Position numbers and translations under genes: made by a program. From Octopus bimaculoides (taxonomy: Eukaryota), in the NCBI RefSeq assembly GCF_001194135.2, contig NC_068992.1, positions 48,144,277 through 48,179,679 of the forward strand: a stretch of DNA of 35,403 bases. The letters run 5' to 3'. Shown here piece by piece: positions 11,721-22,657 of the stretch; the stretch's first letter is position 1, and every line of letters begins with the position of its first letter. The notes under the pieces are model-generated. The model was given only the letters and a program-made list of their open reading frames with translations. It was not told the DNA's origin and did no database searches.

Positions 11721-11770
11721 ATCATCATCATCATTTTACATCAATTCTTCCATGCTGGCATGGGTTGGAC
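11721..11770 (-). mobile_element. RTE-like retroposon extreme 3' end, inverted copy
   Basis: Reverse complement gtccaacccatgccagcatggaag...(GAT)n matches 11541-11603. Confidence 0.7.
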
Positions 11771-11959
11771 CATACGTATGTATATTTATGTTTGCAATAC
11801 ATATACATGCATACACACACACACACACACACACAAACTGGTACATACACATACAACAAAAAACATCAATGTTAATAAAAAAAAAATGTAGAAAGTGTTG
11901 GAATGAGAATTAGCAAATGAAGATGAATGAGTGCCAAGAAGAATGGTAAAGCCAGGGGT

Positions 11960-12260
11960 GGCAGCACATACCACCACCACCACCTTCACCACCACCACCA
12001 CCACCACCACCACCACCGACACCACCACCACTACCACCGACACCACCACCACCATGAGCACTAGTAGAACTCCTACCAACAATATCACCACAACCATCAC
12101 CACCACCACCACCAGCAACATAACTACTAGAACCATCATCATCATCAACAGGAGCTGTATGTAGCGCATTCACCTCCACCACTATCTTCTCCCTCCCTCC
12201 ACCTCCACCATTACCAGTGCCTTATTCACCACCACCACCACCACCACCACCACCACGGCA
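11960..12260. repeat. Degenerate (ACC)n trinucleotide tract
   Basis: Visible; produces the poly-T, poly-G and poly-V ORFs. Confidence 0.9.
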
Positions 12261-13237
12261 ATTACTATGGAGTTTCACTGTTGCTTAACTCACAAGACAT
12301 CTGCCATTGTGAGACAAACACACACATACATACAGGTGCACATGCACTCACACACATACACATAAATATGCAGGCCTGCATATACACGCACACATACACA
12401 GAGATGCAGATACACTGAAGCACATACATGTGAACTCATAAAGACATGCACAAACACACACAGCACCGGATTCAAGCAGATTCCCATAAACACACATATA
12501 TACACACATATACACATACACTCATACATGCAAACATATATACTTGCATTCACAGTTACACACATTTATGGTCAGTTATAGGCTTAGAGATGCAGAAATG
12601 CATCAGATAACATACATATACACACAACAGTATCATATATATATATGCACATGCAAACGCACATAGGCACATTATACATCCACCCTACACCACTTGAATA
12701 TACACATAGTCATACTAGCATCTACATACATATACATACATCTACATATACATACATCTACATTCATATTACACACATATATACATACACATCAGATACA
12801 GTTTATAAAAAATTGTATGAAGAAAAATAGTTGAAATAGCTTTTGGTTAGAAACATAGCCACATTTTACTCAACATACTATGTATATTTATGTATACATG
12901 TGCATATATTTATCTGTGTATATGCGTTTATGTGCGTGTGTTTGAGTGTTTGTGTGTCTACATGTATGCGCCTATATCTGTGTTTCTTTGTTTATGTGTA
13001 TTTAGAAAGGGATGCTACAATCTAGCTGTCATCTCACCCATTGTTCCAACCTCCCCACTGAATGTGTAAACCCTACTACAAACAGTTTCTTTTTCTTTTA
13101 GTAGAAAACTATGTTGATGTAGATTAAACAGATGTTACTGCTGCAAAATATCAACATAGGGAGCTTTTAATGAATTTTTTTCTTTTTCTTCATAATTAAT
13201 TCTTGTTCTTTTACTGATTTCTCCCCCCTGCATTAAG

Positions 13238-13321
13238 GTATAAAAAGCAAGCCCCAGACGAAATGTCTCACAATGCTCAAGTATTTAGTTTGCTGTTATA
13301 TTGCTGCCTGTGTATGTCATG
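13238..13321 (+). CDS. Candidate 84-nt exon; most likely the start-codon exon encoding a signal peptide MLKYLVCCYIAACVCH(G/A/D)
   Basis: Branch-like tactgat (about 13212-18), polypyrimidine tttctcccccctgcattaag acceptor, consensus donor ATG|GTAAGT at 13322. acaATG then 16 hydrophobic/Cys codons ending in phase 1. An alternative open frame reads YKKQAPDEMSHNAQVFSLLLYCCLCMS (phase 2-2). Confidence 0.55.
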
Positions 13322-14694
13322 GTAAGTAACCTAGAAGTGTCCAGTACAAATTTATACAGGATGTGTGTAAAAATTTTATAATTATCAAATGTTAATTATT
13401 TATGTGAAGTAACCTGTAGTGGTGCACTCTTTACCTATTTGGTAAAGACAAGATATAAGATATGAGTTGAAGGTAGATTCTAGGGATGACTACATAAGAA
13501 AAAAGTTGTGAGGCCAAAATAAATTTCAAGGAATTATATACAATGACATGTTATTTGAAATAGAAAAGATACGTGTGTGTGTGTGTGTGTGTGTGTGAAT
13601 GTTAGCACATAACTAGCAACCCAGTTTGTCTGTATACTATAGGATTTCTAGTATAGATTACAAACAATTTGAAAATAATTATATGATTTTAAAATTTTAT
13701 GAAGCTAAGGAGTAGTTCTTTGAAGGTGACTATGACGAATAAGATTTCATAATTCTCTGTTGTGCAGAGGTTGCACTGTTATTTGTTTCCTATATATAAT
13801 ATATCTCATTAGAAGTTTTTCTGTTTGAAATCATATTGTTTGAGTATACTTTTCAATTCCCAAATGTAGCTAGAGAGTGAAGTTAAATTACTTTTGATGG
13901 AATTATGATATGAGTGAATATGCTGATTAAAGCAAAACTTAAAAGATTTAGCTGTAAGGCCAATATATAGTCTAGCCAAATAAAGAGTTTATGCAGTATA
14001 TTGATGTAACTACGTTCGTAACACAAAACATTTAGGAATGAAAAGGAAATTACTTTGATTGTTGTAATTAATTATTAGGATCAGAGTAAATACAACTTTG
14101 TTTTAATTTAGCTAGGATAGTTCTGGGTGAAGTTAGGTGTAGCAGAATAAGAGAAATTAATAGCAGTTATATTACAAATTTTATAATATACTAGCAGTAC
14201 AACCCGACGTTGTCCGGGTGTGACTTATTACGCCATCTACGATAAGTCTTGCTAGGTGAAAATCAACTAAAAAAGAAAGCCTTACAATGAAAAAACCCTT
14301 ATGATGTAAATATGTTCATAATTCAAAAGACGAAATTAATAGGGAAAGTCTGAAGGCTGTTTTGTGTAACATTATTAAGTGTACGTAAATTTCATCCGTC
14401 TAATTGGCTATACAAATGCTTGTGCAAAACAACTTTTTGCGCTGCCTTGATTATAGATAGCAAGGTAATTCCTTTTCGCAGGAACTGCTAGGACGGCAAT
14501 TTGTGATGAAGCAATTGCTGACGATCTGTTGCTNNNNNNNNNNNNNNNNNNNNNNNNNNNNNNNNNNNNNNNNNNNNNNNNNNNNNNNNNNNNNNNNNNN
14601 NNNNNNNNNNNNNNNNNNNNNNNNNNNNNNNNNNNNNNNNNNNNNNNNNNNNNNNNNNNNNNNNNNNNNNNNNNNNNNNNNNNNNNNNNNNNNN

Positions 14695-14816
14695 GATGCA
14701 CCGTTTTGCATTATGTTCAAAGTAACTTCTGGAATGTGGTGAATTGCTGCAGTCTGTTGCTGTCTTTTTAAACCGGTTTCTTTCTTTCCCCAGCAAGCTC
14801 TCTTCTTTGGAGGCAT
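14695..14816 (-). pseudogene. N-terminal stub of Helitron ORF (MPPKKRACWGKKETGLKRQQQ...), running into the gap
   Basis: ATG at 14816 in the element's sense orientation; basic MPPKKR..G start resembles Helitron Rep/helicase N-termini. No Rep or helicase motifs are seen and the element is too short to hold them. Confidence 0.4.
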
Positions 14817-14894
14817 AATCTATGTACATATTAAACAGAACAACAAAAGTTATAATAGATGGGAGGGTCGGTAGTTTTCACATTTCGGTGATTT

Positions 14895-15036
14895 TTCAGA
14901 TTAACACCCGCACGATCACGTAACCCTAAAACCGTAACCGTAAGACTAACCCTCATCGTAACCCTAAAACCGTAACCCTGACCCCAAAACCGTAACCCTA
15001 ACACCCTAGTGAAAACGGTGCGAGTGTTAATCTGAA
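14895..15036. repeat. 142-bp module: 18-bp inverted repeats enclosing (AAAACCGTAACCCT)-like TAACCC-rich repeats
   Basis: ttcagattaacacccgca (14895-14912) versus tgcgagtgttaatctgaa (15019-15036), one mismatch; internal cgtaaccctaaaaccgtaacc repeats. Confidence 0.85.
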
Positions 15037-15298
15037 TAATAATAATAATGACCTCTGCAAATCAAACTCCCAACCCAACTAAGTCTTAAGTGTATATATA
15101 TATGAGCAACACACACACACTAAATAAAAAAATGTTAGTAAGTACAGAACTTCAGCATTATATATTAAGAGAGGCAACATACACACACACTAAATTTTTA
15201 AAATGACAGGTATTTGTATGTATGTGTGTATTAATGTGTATTCTGTGTCTATATATGGTAGTAATTAAATGCGTTTTAAGAAAGATATTTAAAAAATT

Positions 15299-15383
15299 CA
15301 GTTTACCCGTACGATTTTCACTACAGTGTTAGGGTAAGGGTTTGTTAGGGTTAGGTAGGTAATGATGCGGGTGTTAATCTGAA
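15299..15383. repeat. Inverted, shortened second copy of the TAACCC module
   Basis: tgcgggtgttaatctgaa (15366-15383) is the perfect reverse complement of 14895-14912; ttttcactacagtgttaggg mirrors ccctaacaccctagtgaaaa. Confidence 0.8.
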
Positions 15384-16508
15384 GATTTACGAAAAGATTT
15401 TTTAAAAAAACTCACAGTTTGTAGGGAATAAATGTTTGTTGATCGTATTTGAGAAACATGTCTCGCTGGTAAATGACGGTGTTAGAAATGGAAAGTAAAC
15501 TTATAATTCCCGCCAATTAGAATGAGGTCATTGGTAACCATAGGTACAAATATATGTGTGTATTTACGTATGATTGGCAGTGTGTCTGTTTATTTGACTC
15601 TCACTCCCCTTCGTTTCTTTGTCTTTTTTCTTGGATCGTTCGTAAAAGAAAGTAGCAATTGAAACGATGTGTAAGAGGAATAGAAATAGTTAATTTTAGA
15701 GGGGTAAAGTAATTTTGTATGTATCTGTCATTACAGTATTGAAATGTGATTGTTTCAGTTTTGGTAGTTTTCTTTTTCTCCTTCCTTTCTTTTTGTATTT
15801 GTTGTTTGATTTTTCGTAAAGGTTCATCAGAGGAAGTAGGAGTTGAAAGGATTTGTATTACATACACACAGAGAGTAGATTTGCCTTTTATAGTATAGAT
15901 ACATTGGAGAGGGACTGTCTTTTTACATGAAATACAGAAACCTTTAGTTACAAGGTTGGGTACTGCTAAATTTAACAGTGAATTGAGCCAATAAATAGAT
16001 CTTTTTCTATATCTATAGCTAGCTAATCTAGTTACAAGTTTAATGCAAGATATTTTCTCTGGAGAACTGCATATATGTATATACACTCTGCTTAATTTTA
16101 TGTATATAATTAGAAAATATCATGAAAGATTTGTTTATTAGCAGAAATGTCAAAAGGTTTAAATGATGTTTTTTACTAAAATATTATTGATATTATTAGT
16201 ATAGATTTTGACAGTTTATTTATTAATTCAAAGTTATATTTCCATTGCATTATGGGCTGTATAAATAAAAGCTAGCAAGATTAAGGGCCACCTCTAAGAA
16301 GTTAACAGTACTGAGGTTTGTTTGAATGGTAGTTTATTAAACATACCCAAACATATACATATATATTTATACACATGCATATATGTACATATATACATAT
16401 ATACATATATATATAAATATATATACACACACACACATATATATATGTATATATATGTATATATAATATATATATACATATTATACACACATGTGTGTGT
16501 GAGAGTGA

Positions 16509-16552
<44 letters not shown>

Positions 16553-16571
16553 CCGCACCCGCACGCACACA

Positions 16572-16627
<56 letters not shown>

Positions 16628-17515
16628 TATGTCGATGTAAGCAGATACACACATATAAAGTACGAAAAAAATGAAAGAGAGAGCAAGCCATGAATAATGT
16701 ATGCTGAAAATTTAATATTTAATGTGACAACTGACATCAGGAAATCTTTCTATGAACACAGAGAGAGAGGGGAGATAGAGAGAGAGAGAGAGAGCATGGT
16801 GATGGGGTACTAAAACTGAGTGGAATGTATTAAAGGATTGTTTATATCCATTTTAACACACACACAGAGTTAGGAATCTATGCATGTGGTTTTACATATA
16901 TATATATATATATACATGTGTGTATGTGTTTGCGTGTGCATACATGCAAAACATGCACGCTTACAAAATGCATATGTATGCGTGTATGTAGGTATGTTTG
17001 TACCATTCGGTATATGTGTATGGGTGCCATAGATGGAATGAAAACAGGAATAATTTGTTGCAAGATACATGGATACAAACATAGAGAGAAAAGAGTTAAA
17101 CAGCGACAGCTATAAACATATAAATAGATTAATAGATGAGCTGACAGACATTCAGGCAGACAGACAAAGAGATTGACAGATAGTGAGATATATAGATATA
17201 TAGATATATAGATGATTGGAATGTAAACAGATAGGCATAGACAATTAGGTGGAATAGATAGACAAATGCATAGATGGGTAATTTTATATATATGTATACA
17301 TATGTGTGTTTCATACATTCATTCATAGAAACATGTTATATACATATGTCCTTACATACAAACATACATATATACCTCAATAGATAAATGGATAAACATC
17401 TTGAATTGTGTTTTCAAGTTAATATGGAGATTGAGATGGTGTTTCAAAGAAGATGTGAATATCAAATAGGCTAACAAATACACGTTCTTCATTGATATGG
17501 AACCTACATCACACA

Positions 17516-17546
<31 letters not shown>

Positions 17547-17625
17547 TCACACATACACACAAACATATATATTTTGTATATATACATATATATATATGTG
17601 TGCGTGTGTTTTGTATATATACATA

Positions 17626-17656
<31 letters not shown>

Positions 17657-18167
17657 TCGGGTATGTGGTTCACATATCTATATATGTATACAAGTATATA
17701 TTTTGTATACATATATGTATATATACATGTGTGTGCGTTTTATATATATATATACATTGTATGTTTATCAGTCATATGGTGGAATATCTCATGTATACCA
17801 AAAACATACTCAATTGAGGGCTGATAATCATGGCAGACTTATGTTATATGTGATGGATTTAATCTGAAAATGGTTGTTATATATATCCAGAATGTTGCAC
17901 ACGCACGCACATACACACACACAGAGTCACTTACCCACATACAGATGTATACATAACACATAACCCATCAAATACAGAATGGAAGAAATGAAAGCTGAGG
18001 TATTATATGGACAGAGTAAGAACTTATTGACCCATTCCTAACCGCATTTCCAACAAAATACACCATCTTTTGTGCCGCCATTGATTTCATAGATAATCAA
18101 GAATTTAGTGGAATTGAGTAACATATCTAACTTTGCTATTATTAAGCTAGAATTTGGACCATAACCA

Positions 18168-18337
18168 AACAAAAGACACATCTATATTGGTATATTAAGA
18201 TAGTATTTGGAACATAACTTCACAAAAGATGATGTATATTAGTACATTAAGATTGGGTTTGTAACTGATGTTAACAAAAGACAGATATATATATATTGGT
18301 ATATTAAGATTGGTTTAGAATATAACTTCACAAAAGC
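18168..18337. repeat. Degenerate minisatellite, about 3 units of 52-56 bp
   Basis: caaaaga...tatattggtatattaagat...ataactt recurs at about 18170, 18222 and 18276. Confidence 0.75.
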
Positions 18338-18734
18338 TTCTCGCATGAAAGTAAGCTGGGAAATTTTAATTTTAATATAAACTATTTAAAATGACTGATT
18401 CTGTATGAGATTGAAGGACAGTCATACAGAGCTTGGTATCAAAAACATACACATGCACACATGCACACTCACACACACACACACACACATGTATATATAC
18501 CATTATGAAGTTATTAAATAACATGTTTACACATGTATACCGCCCCCCCCACACACACACATACGTATGTACATGTGCATGTATGTTTAAGTGCATTTTT
18601 GTTAGAATCTAAGTATTTCCTGTAGTATTGTGCATATGAATATCAGTATGTACAAACATATATTTATATGTTTGCACACATGTATGCATGTATGTGTGTG
18701 TGTGTGAATATACACATACATATATATATGTATA

Positions 18735-18766
<32 letters not shown>

Positions 18767-19177
18767 CATATGCATATATATATATTTATATCTATATATC
18801 TATATATATATATATATATATNNNNNNNNNNNNNNNNNNNNNNNNNNNNNNNNNNNNNNNNNNNNNNNNNNNNNNNNNNNNATATATATTTATATATATA
18901 TATATATATATAAAGATAAAAATTATATATATAAATATATCTATGAATATATATACATATATATGTATGTATGTATACAGGTATATATATATATATATGT
19001 ATAGGAATTTCTGTGTTTATATGTATATGTACATGCACACACACACACATATGTGTATATACACACAAATATACACAATCACACGCACTGGTATATTTAT
19101 ATAAATATTACTGCACACCTCCACATAGTGGCTGATGTAATCAGCTGTTACCATAGCTTCAATTAATCCTCACACAG

Positions 19178-19253
19178 CCTCCGAAGATACTTTAACTGTA
19201 CAAGAACAACAGCAGAAGACCACAAATGTCGATTACATGGGGGATTAGTCTAC
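19178..19253 (+). CDS. Candidate 76-nt exon (phase 1 to 2): (A)SEDTLTVQEQQQKTTNVDYMGISL(L)
   Basis: Acceptor caattaatcctcacacag, donor CT|GTAAGA at 19254, open non-repetitive frame; joins in frame to 13238-13321. Confidence 0.4.
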
Positions 19254-19353
19254 TGTAAGATTGGCAATTTATTTAGCTTTCAGAAATGTGATTGGAATAG
19301 AGCATAACATCGTGTTCCATTCAGTACATACATACTTATACATACATACATAC

Positions 19354-19405
<52 letters not shown>

Positions 19406-19411
19406 TTATAT

Positions 19412-19710
19412 GTAGCTGTGTGGTAAGAAGCTTGCTTCTCAACTGCATGGTTCCAGGTTCAGTCCTATTGCATGTCACCTTGGGCAAATGTCTATTACTA
19501 TAGCCTCGGGCTAACGAAAGTCATAGGAGTGGATTTGGTAGATGGAAACTAAGAGAATCGCATCATATATATATATATGATCTGTGTGTATGTGTGTGTG
19601 TGTCTGTCACCTCAACCACACAACAACCGGTGTTGGTTTCTTTATGTTTCTATAACTTAGCGATTCAGGAAAGAGGAATGATAGATCAAGTACCACACTT
19701 TAAAACAGAG
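19412..19710 (+). mobile_element. SINE family A, plus-strand copy with internal (TA)/(TG) microsatellite
   Basis: gtagctgtgtggtaagaagcttgcttctcaactgcatggttccaggttcagtcc head, then gagtggatttggtagatggaaact, microsatellite, and taacttagcgattcagg body. Confidence 0.75.
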
Positions 19711-20050
19711 CACGATCGTTTCCGGCTTCGCCTTACTGGCACTTGTGCCGGTGGCACGTGAACAAAACATTGGACTGACTCTTGTGCAGGTGGCACGTAA
19801 AAAACACTATTTAAGCGCGGCTGTAGCCAATACCGCCGGACTGGCCCTCATGCTGGCGGCAAGTAAAAAGCACCCACTACATGCTCGGAGTGGTTGGCAT
19901 TAGGAAGGGCATCCAGCTGTAGAAACTCTGCCAGATCAGATTGGAGTCTGGTGTTGCCATCCGGTTTCACCAGTCCTCAGTCAAATCGTCCAACCCATGC
20001 TAGCATGGAAAGCGGACGTTAAATGATGATGATAATAATGATGATGATGA
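19711..20050 (+). mobile_element. RTE-like retroposon 3' region, longer copy 3
   Basis: Repeated ggtggcacgt(g/a)aa motifs, then gcacccactac...ggagtggttggcattaggaagggcatcc...(GAT)n. Confidence 0.8.
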
Positions 20051-20107
20051 TATATATATATATATATATATATAATGTATTATGTATGTATGTATTTATA
20101 TATGTGT

Positions 20108-20495
20108 GCTTGTGTCTTTCCCCCTCACCATTGCTTGACAACAAGCATTGGTGTGTTTATGTCCCCAAAACTTAGTGGTTCAACAAAAGAGACTGATAAA
20201 ATAAGTATTAGGCATCAATTTATTACAAAGTCCTTGTAAGTAGATATGGTAGACAGAAACTGAAAGAAGCCTGTCTTGTATATATGTATGTGTGTGTGTA
20301 TTGGTCCCCCATCACTGCGTGACAACCAATATTAGTGTTTATGGCTGTGTAACTTAGTGGTTTGGCAAAAGAGACTGATAGAATAAGTACCAGGTTTTAA
20401 ATATAAATAATTACCAGAGGCAATTCACTAAATTAAAATTCTTAAAGAATATTAGTGCCCCAGAATGGCCACAGTCTAAGGATTGAAACAAGTAA
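20108..20495 (+). mobile_element. SINE family A body/tail fragments (partly duplicated)
   Basis: Two copies of cttgacaac...ggtgtgtttat...aacttagtggtt...caaaagagactgata; ends ggccacagtctaaggattgaaacaagtaaaagag. Confidence 0.7.
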
Positions 20496-20643
20496 AAGAG
20501 AATATAGATATGTATGTATGTACGTACGTATATATGTATGTATATTATGTATGTATATATGTATATTATGTATGTATGTATGTATGTATGTATGTACATT
20601 TACATATGTATTTAAATATATACATGTTTATATGTATTTAAAC

Positions 20644-20687
<44 letters not shown>

Positions 20688-20697
20688 NNNNNNNNNN

Positions 20698-20741
<44 letters not shown>

Positions 20742-21639
20742 GATGTATATATATATGTGTGTGTGTATGTGTGTACACACTCACACACGCACACACACAC
20801 ACAAACAAACAAACACACAAATAAATATTAAACACACCCACCACAAGCCATGCAGATAATGTCATTCCAGTACAGTTTCTTTCTTGTGGTTTTTTTGCAC
20901 CTTTCTTTTACTTCTCTTAAATCTAGCTTCAGCTCTTTCTCTTTTCTTGCCTCTCTCTTTCCCCTTACATATCTCTGTCTCTTTCTCTCCCACACACACA
21001 CTCTCTCTCTCTCTCCCTCTCTCTCCTCTGTTTTTCTCCCTAACCATCCACTCTTCAAATGCTCTTTATAGATTCAAGTTAATTCTTCAGCTGACACGCC
21101 ACAAATCTTTTACTCTTACTCTCTCTCTCTCTCTTTCTCCCCCCTCTCTCTCTCTCAGACTCTCTTTCTGTGTGTATATCTGTGTCTATCTATCTATCCA
21201 CATACACACACATACACACACACGCACACATATATTCTTATTTACATGGTAACTTTTCTTTGCTCCTCTTCTTCTTCGTCCTCTCCCTCCTCCTCTTTCT
21301 CTTCCTCCTCCTTCTCCCAATATCCTTCACATCATTTTGTCACCATTGATATTATAGTGACCATCATCATTATGATCCTCTCCACCCCTCCTCCTCATTC
21401 TCCTCCTCCTCGTCATCATCATCATCATCACTATTGCCACTACTGATTTTACTTATATAAGAACTCCCCCATCCATTATTTGCTGCCTCTACCACATCCC
21501 TAACCACTTCAACCATCCTACCACTCACCCCACACTCCACATCTGAAACGCCTCACACCACTTCAACTTCCACTCATTCCATTACTCTCTCTCTCTCTCT
21601 TTCTCTCTCTCTCAGACTCTCTTTCTGTGTGTATATCTG

Positions 21640-21742
<103 letters not shown>

Positions 21743-21743
21743 T

Positions 21744-21775
<32 letters not shown>

Positions 21776-22244
21776 GGATATATGTGTGCGTGTGTATGTG
21801 TATGGATGTATGAATGTGTTTCTTACCTTTTAGTTGAACTACTTCAGTGAAGGGGACATTGACAAGATGCCAATGAGTTTGAAACTGAATGCATCAAATA
21901 TATTTGTCAGTAGAAGAGTTATCTGGTAATATTATCACTGCCTTCCCAAAACTCCACCATTTCCCCACCATACTTCTTTTAGATATGCATGTATACCATC
22001 ATCATTATCATTGTTATCATTCTACCGTCCGTTTTTCCATGCATGCATGGTCAAACAGAATTTGTTCAGGAATATCTTTTATGATCGGATTCCGTTTTTT
22101 TTGCCAACCCTTCCCTATTTTCAAGTAATGTAACATCATTCAATGGCCGGACATATTTTTGTAGAATATTGGAAATGAAAAACATTCCTTTACAAGAATC
22201 ATATGATGTCAAGACAAGATATACACACACACGTATCATAAAAT

Positions 22245-22378
22245 GTAGGTTTCTTTCAGTTTTCATCTACCAAATCCATTCACAAGACCTTGGCCAGTCC
22301 AGGGCTATTTTAGACAAAGCTTGTTCAAAGTGCTACACAGTGGGACTGAACCTGAAACCATGTGGTTAGGAAGTCAAA
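22245..22378 (-). mobile_element. SINE family A head
   Basis: tttcagttttcatctaccaaatccattcacaagacc...gtgggactgaacctgaaaccatgtggtt. Confidence 0.7.
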
Positions 22379-22657
22379 CATACCTATTTCTACAGGAATT
22401 GAAAAAGACAATAAACAGCCTTAATCGGTTTTTAGAAGTTTCTTCCTCTGCCTGAAGAATTTCTAATAGGAAATTTCTGTCATGTTCACGCAACATGTAC
22501 AATTTTGCGATTCCTATTAGTAAATGAAACATGTGTAATGGTAAATAATTAATAGCAAAACATTTTCCAGATTTCTGTTTTCTGATATATATGTATATGA
22601 TGGATTTTCATGAACAACAAATGAAGGTTCAGAAAGACAAAGCATTAATCTTGTTCC

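Larger units (their letters stand above)
14191..15899 (-). mobile_element. Non-autonomous Helitron with both termini (contains a 161-N gap)
   Basis: Minus strand: A|TCTATACTATAAAAGGCAAAT at 15899 (5' TC after A) and GC hairpin cccggacaacgtcggg (14203-14218), then 8 nt and CTAG|T at 14191. This is the canonical Helitron insertion between A and T with no TSD. Confidence 0.75.

Noticed and set aside
11931-12164. Thr-rich mucin-like ORF
   Set aside because: Entirely (ACC)n-derived, no signal peptide or convincing splice sites; equally open as poly-V/G on the other strand.
13262-13321. Tetraspanin TM4 similarity (QVFSLLLYCCLCMS versus QVFGMIFTCCL-type motifs)
   Set aside because: The preceding residues are polar (KKQAPDEMSHNA), leaving too short a hydrophobic span; no other tetraspanin exons found.
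14919-15005. True telomere or interstitial (TTAGGG)n array
   Set aside because: Repeats are 14-bp composite units with only isolated CCCTAA hexamers, enclosed by inverted repeats inside a transposon.
15805-15835. Minus-strand CTGATGA-acctttac-GAAA hammerhead-like core
   Set aside because: The intervening 8 nt cannot form stem II, and no stems I or III were found.
19254-19282. 29-nt intron joining exon 19178-19253 to NVIGIEHNIVFHS in frame
   Set aside because: Too short for a typical metazoan spliceosomal intron, and the frame runs into a microsatellite.
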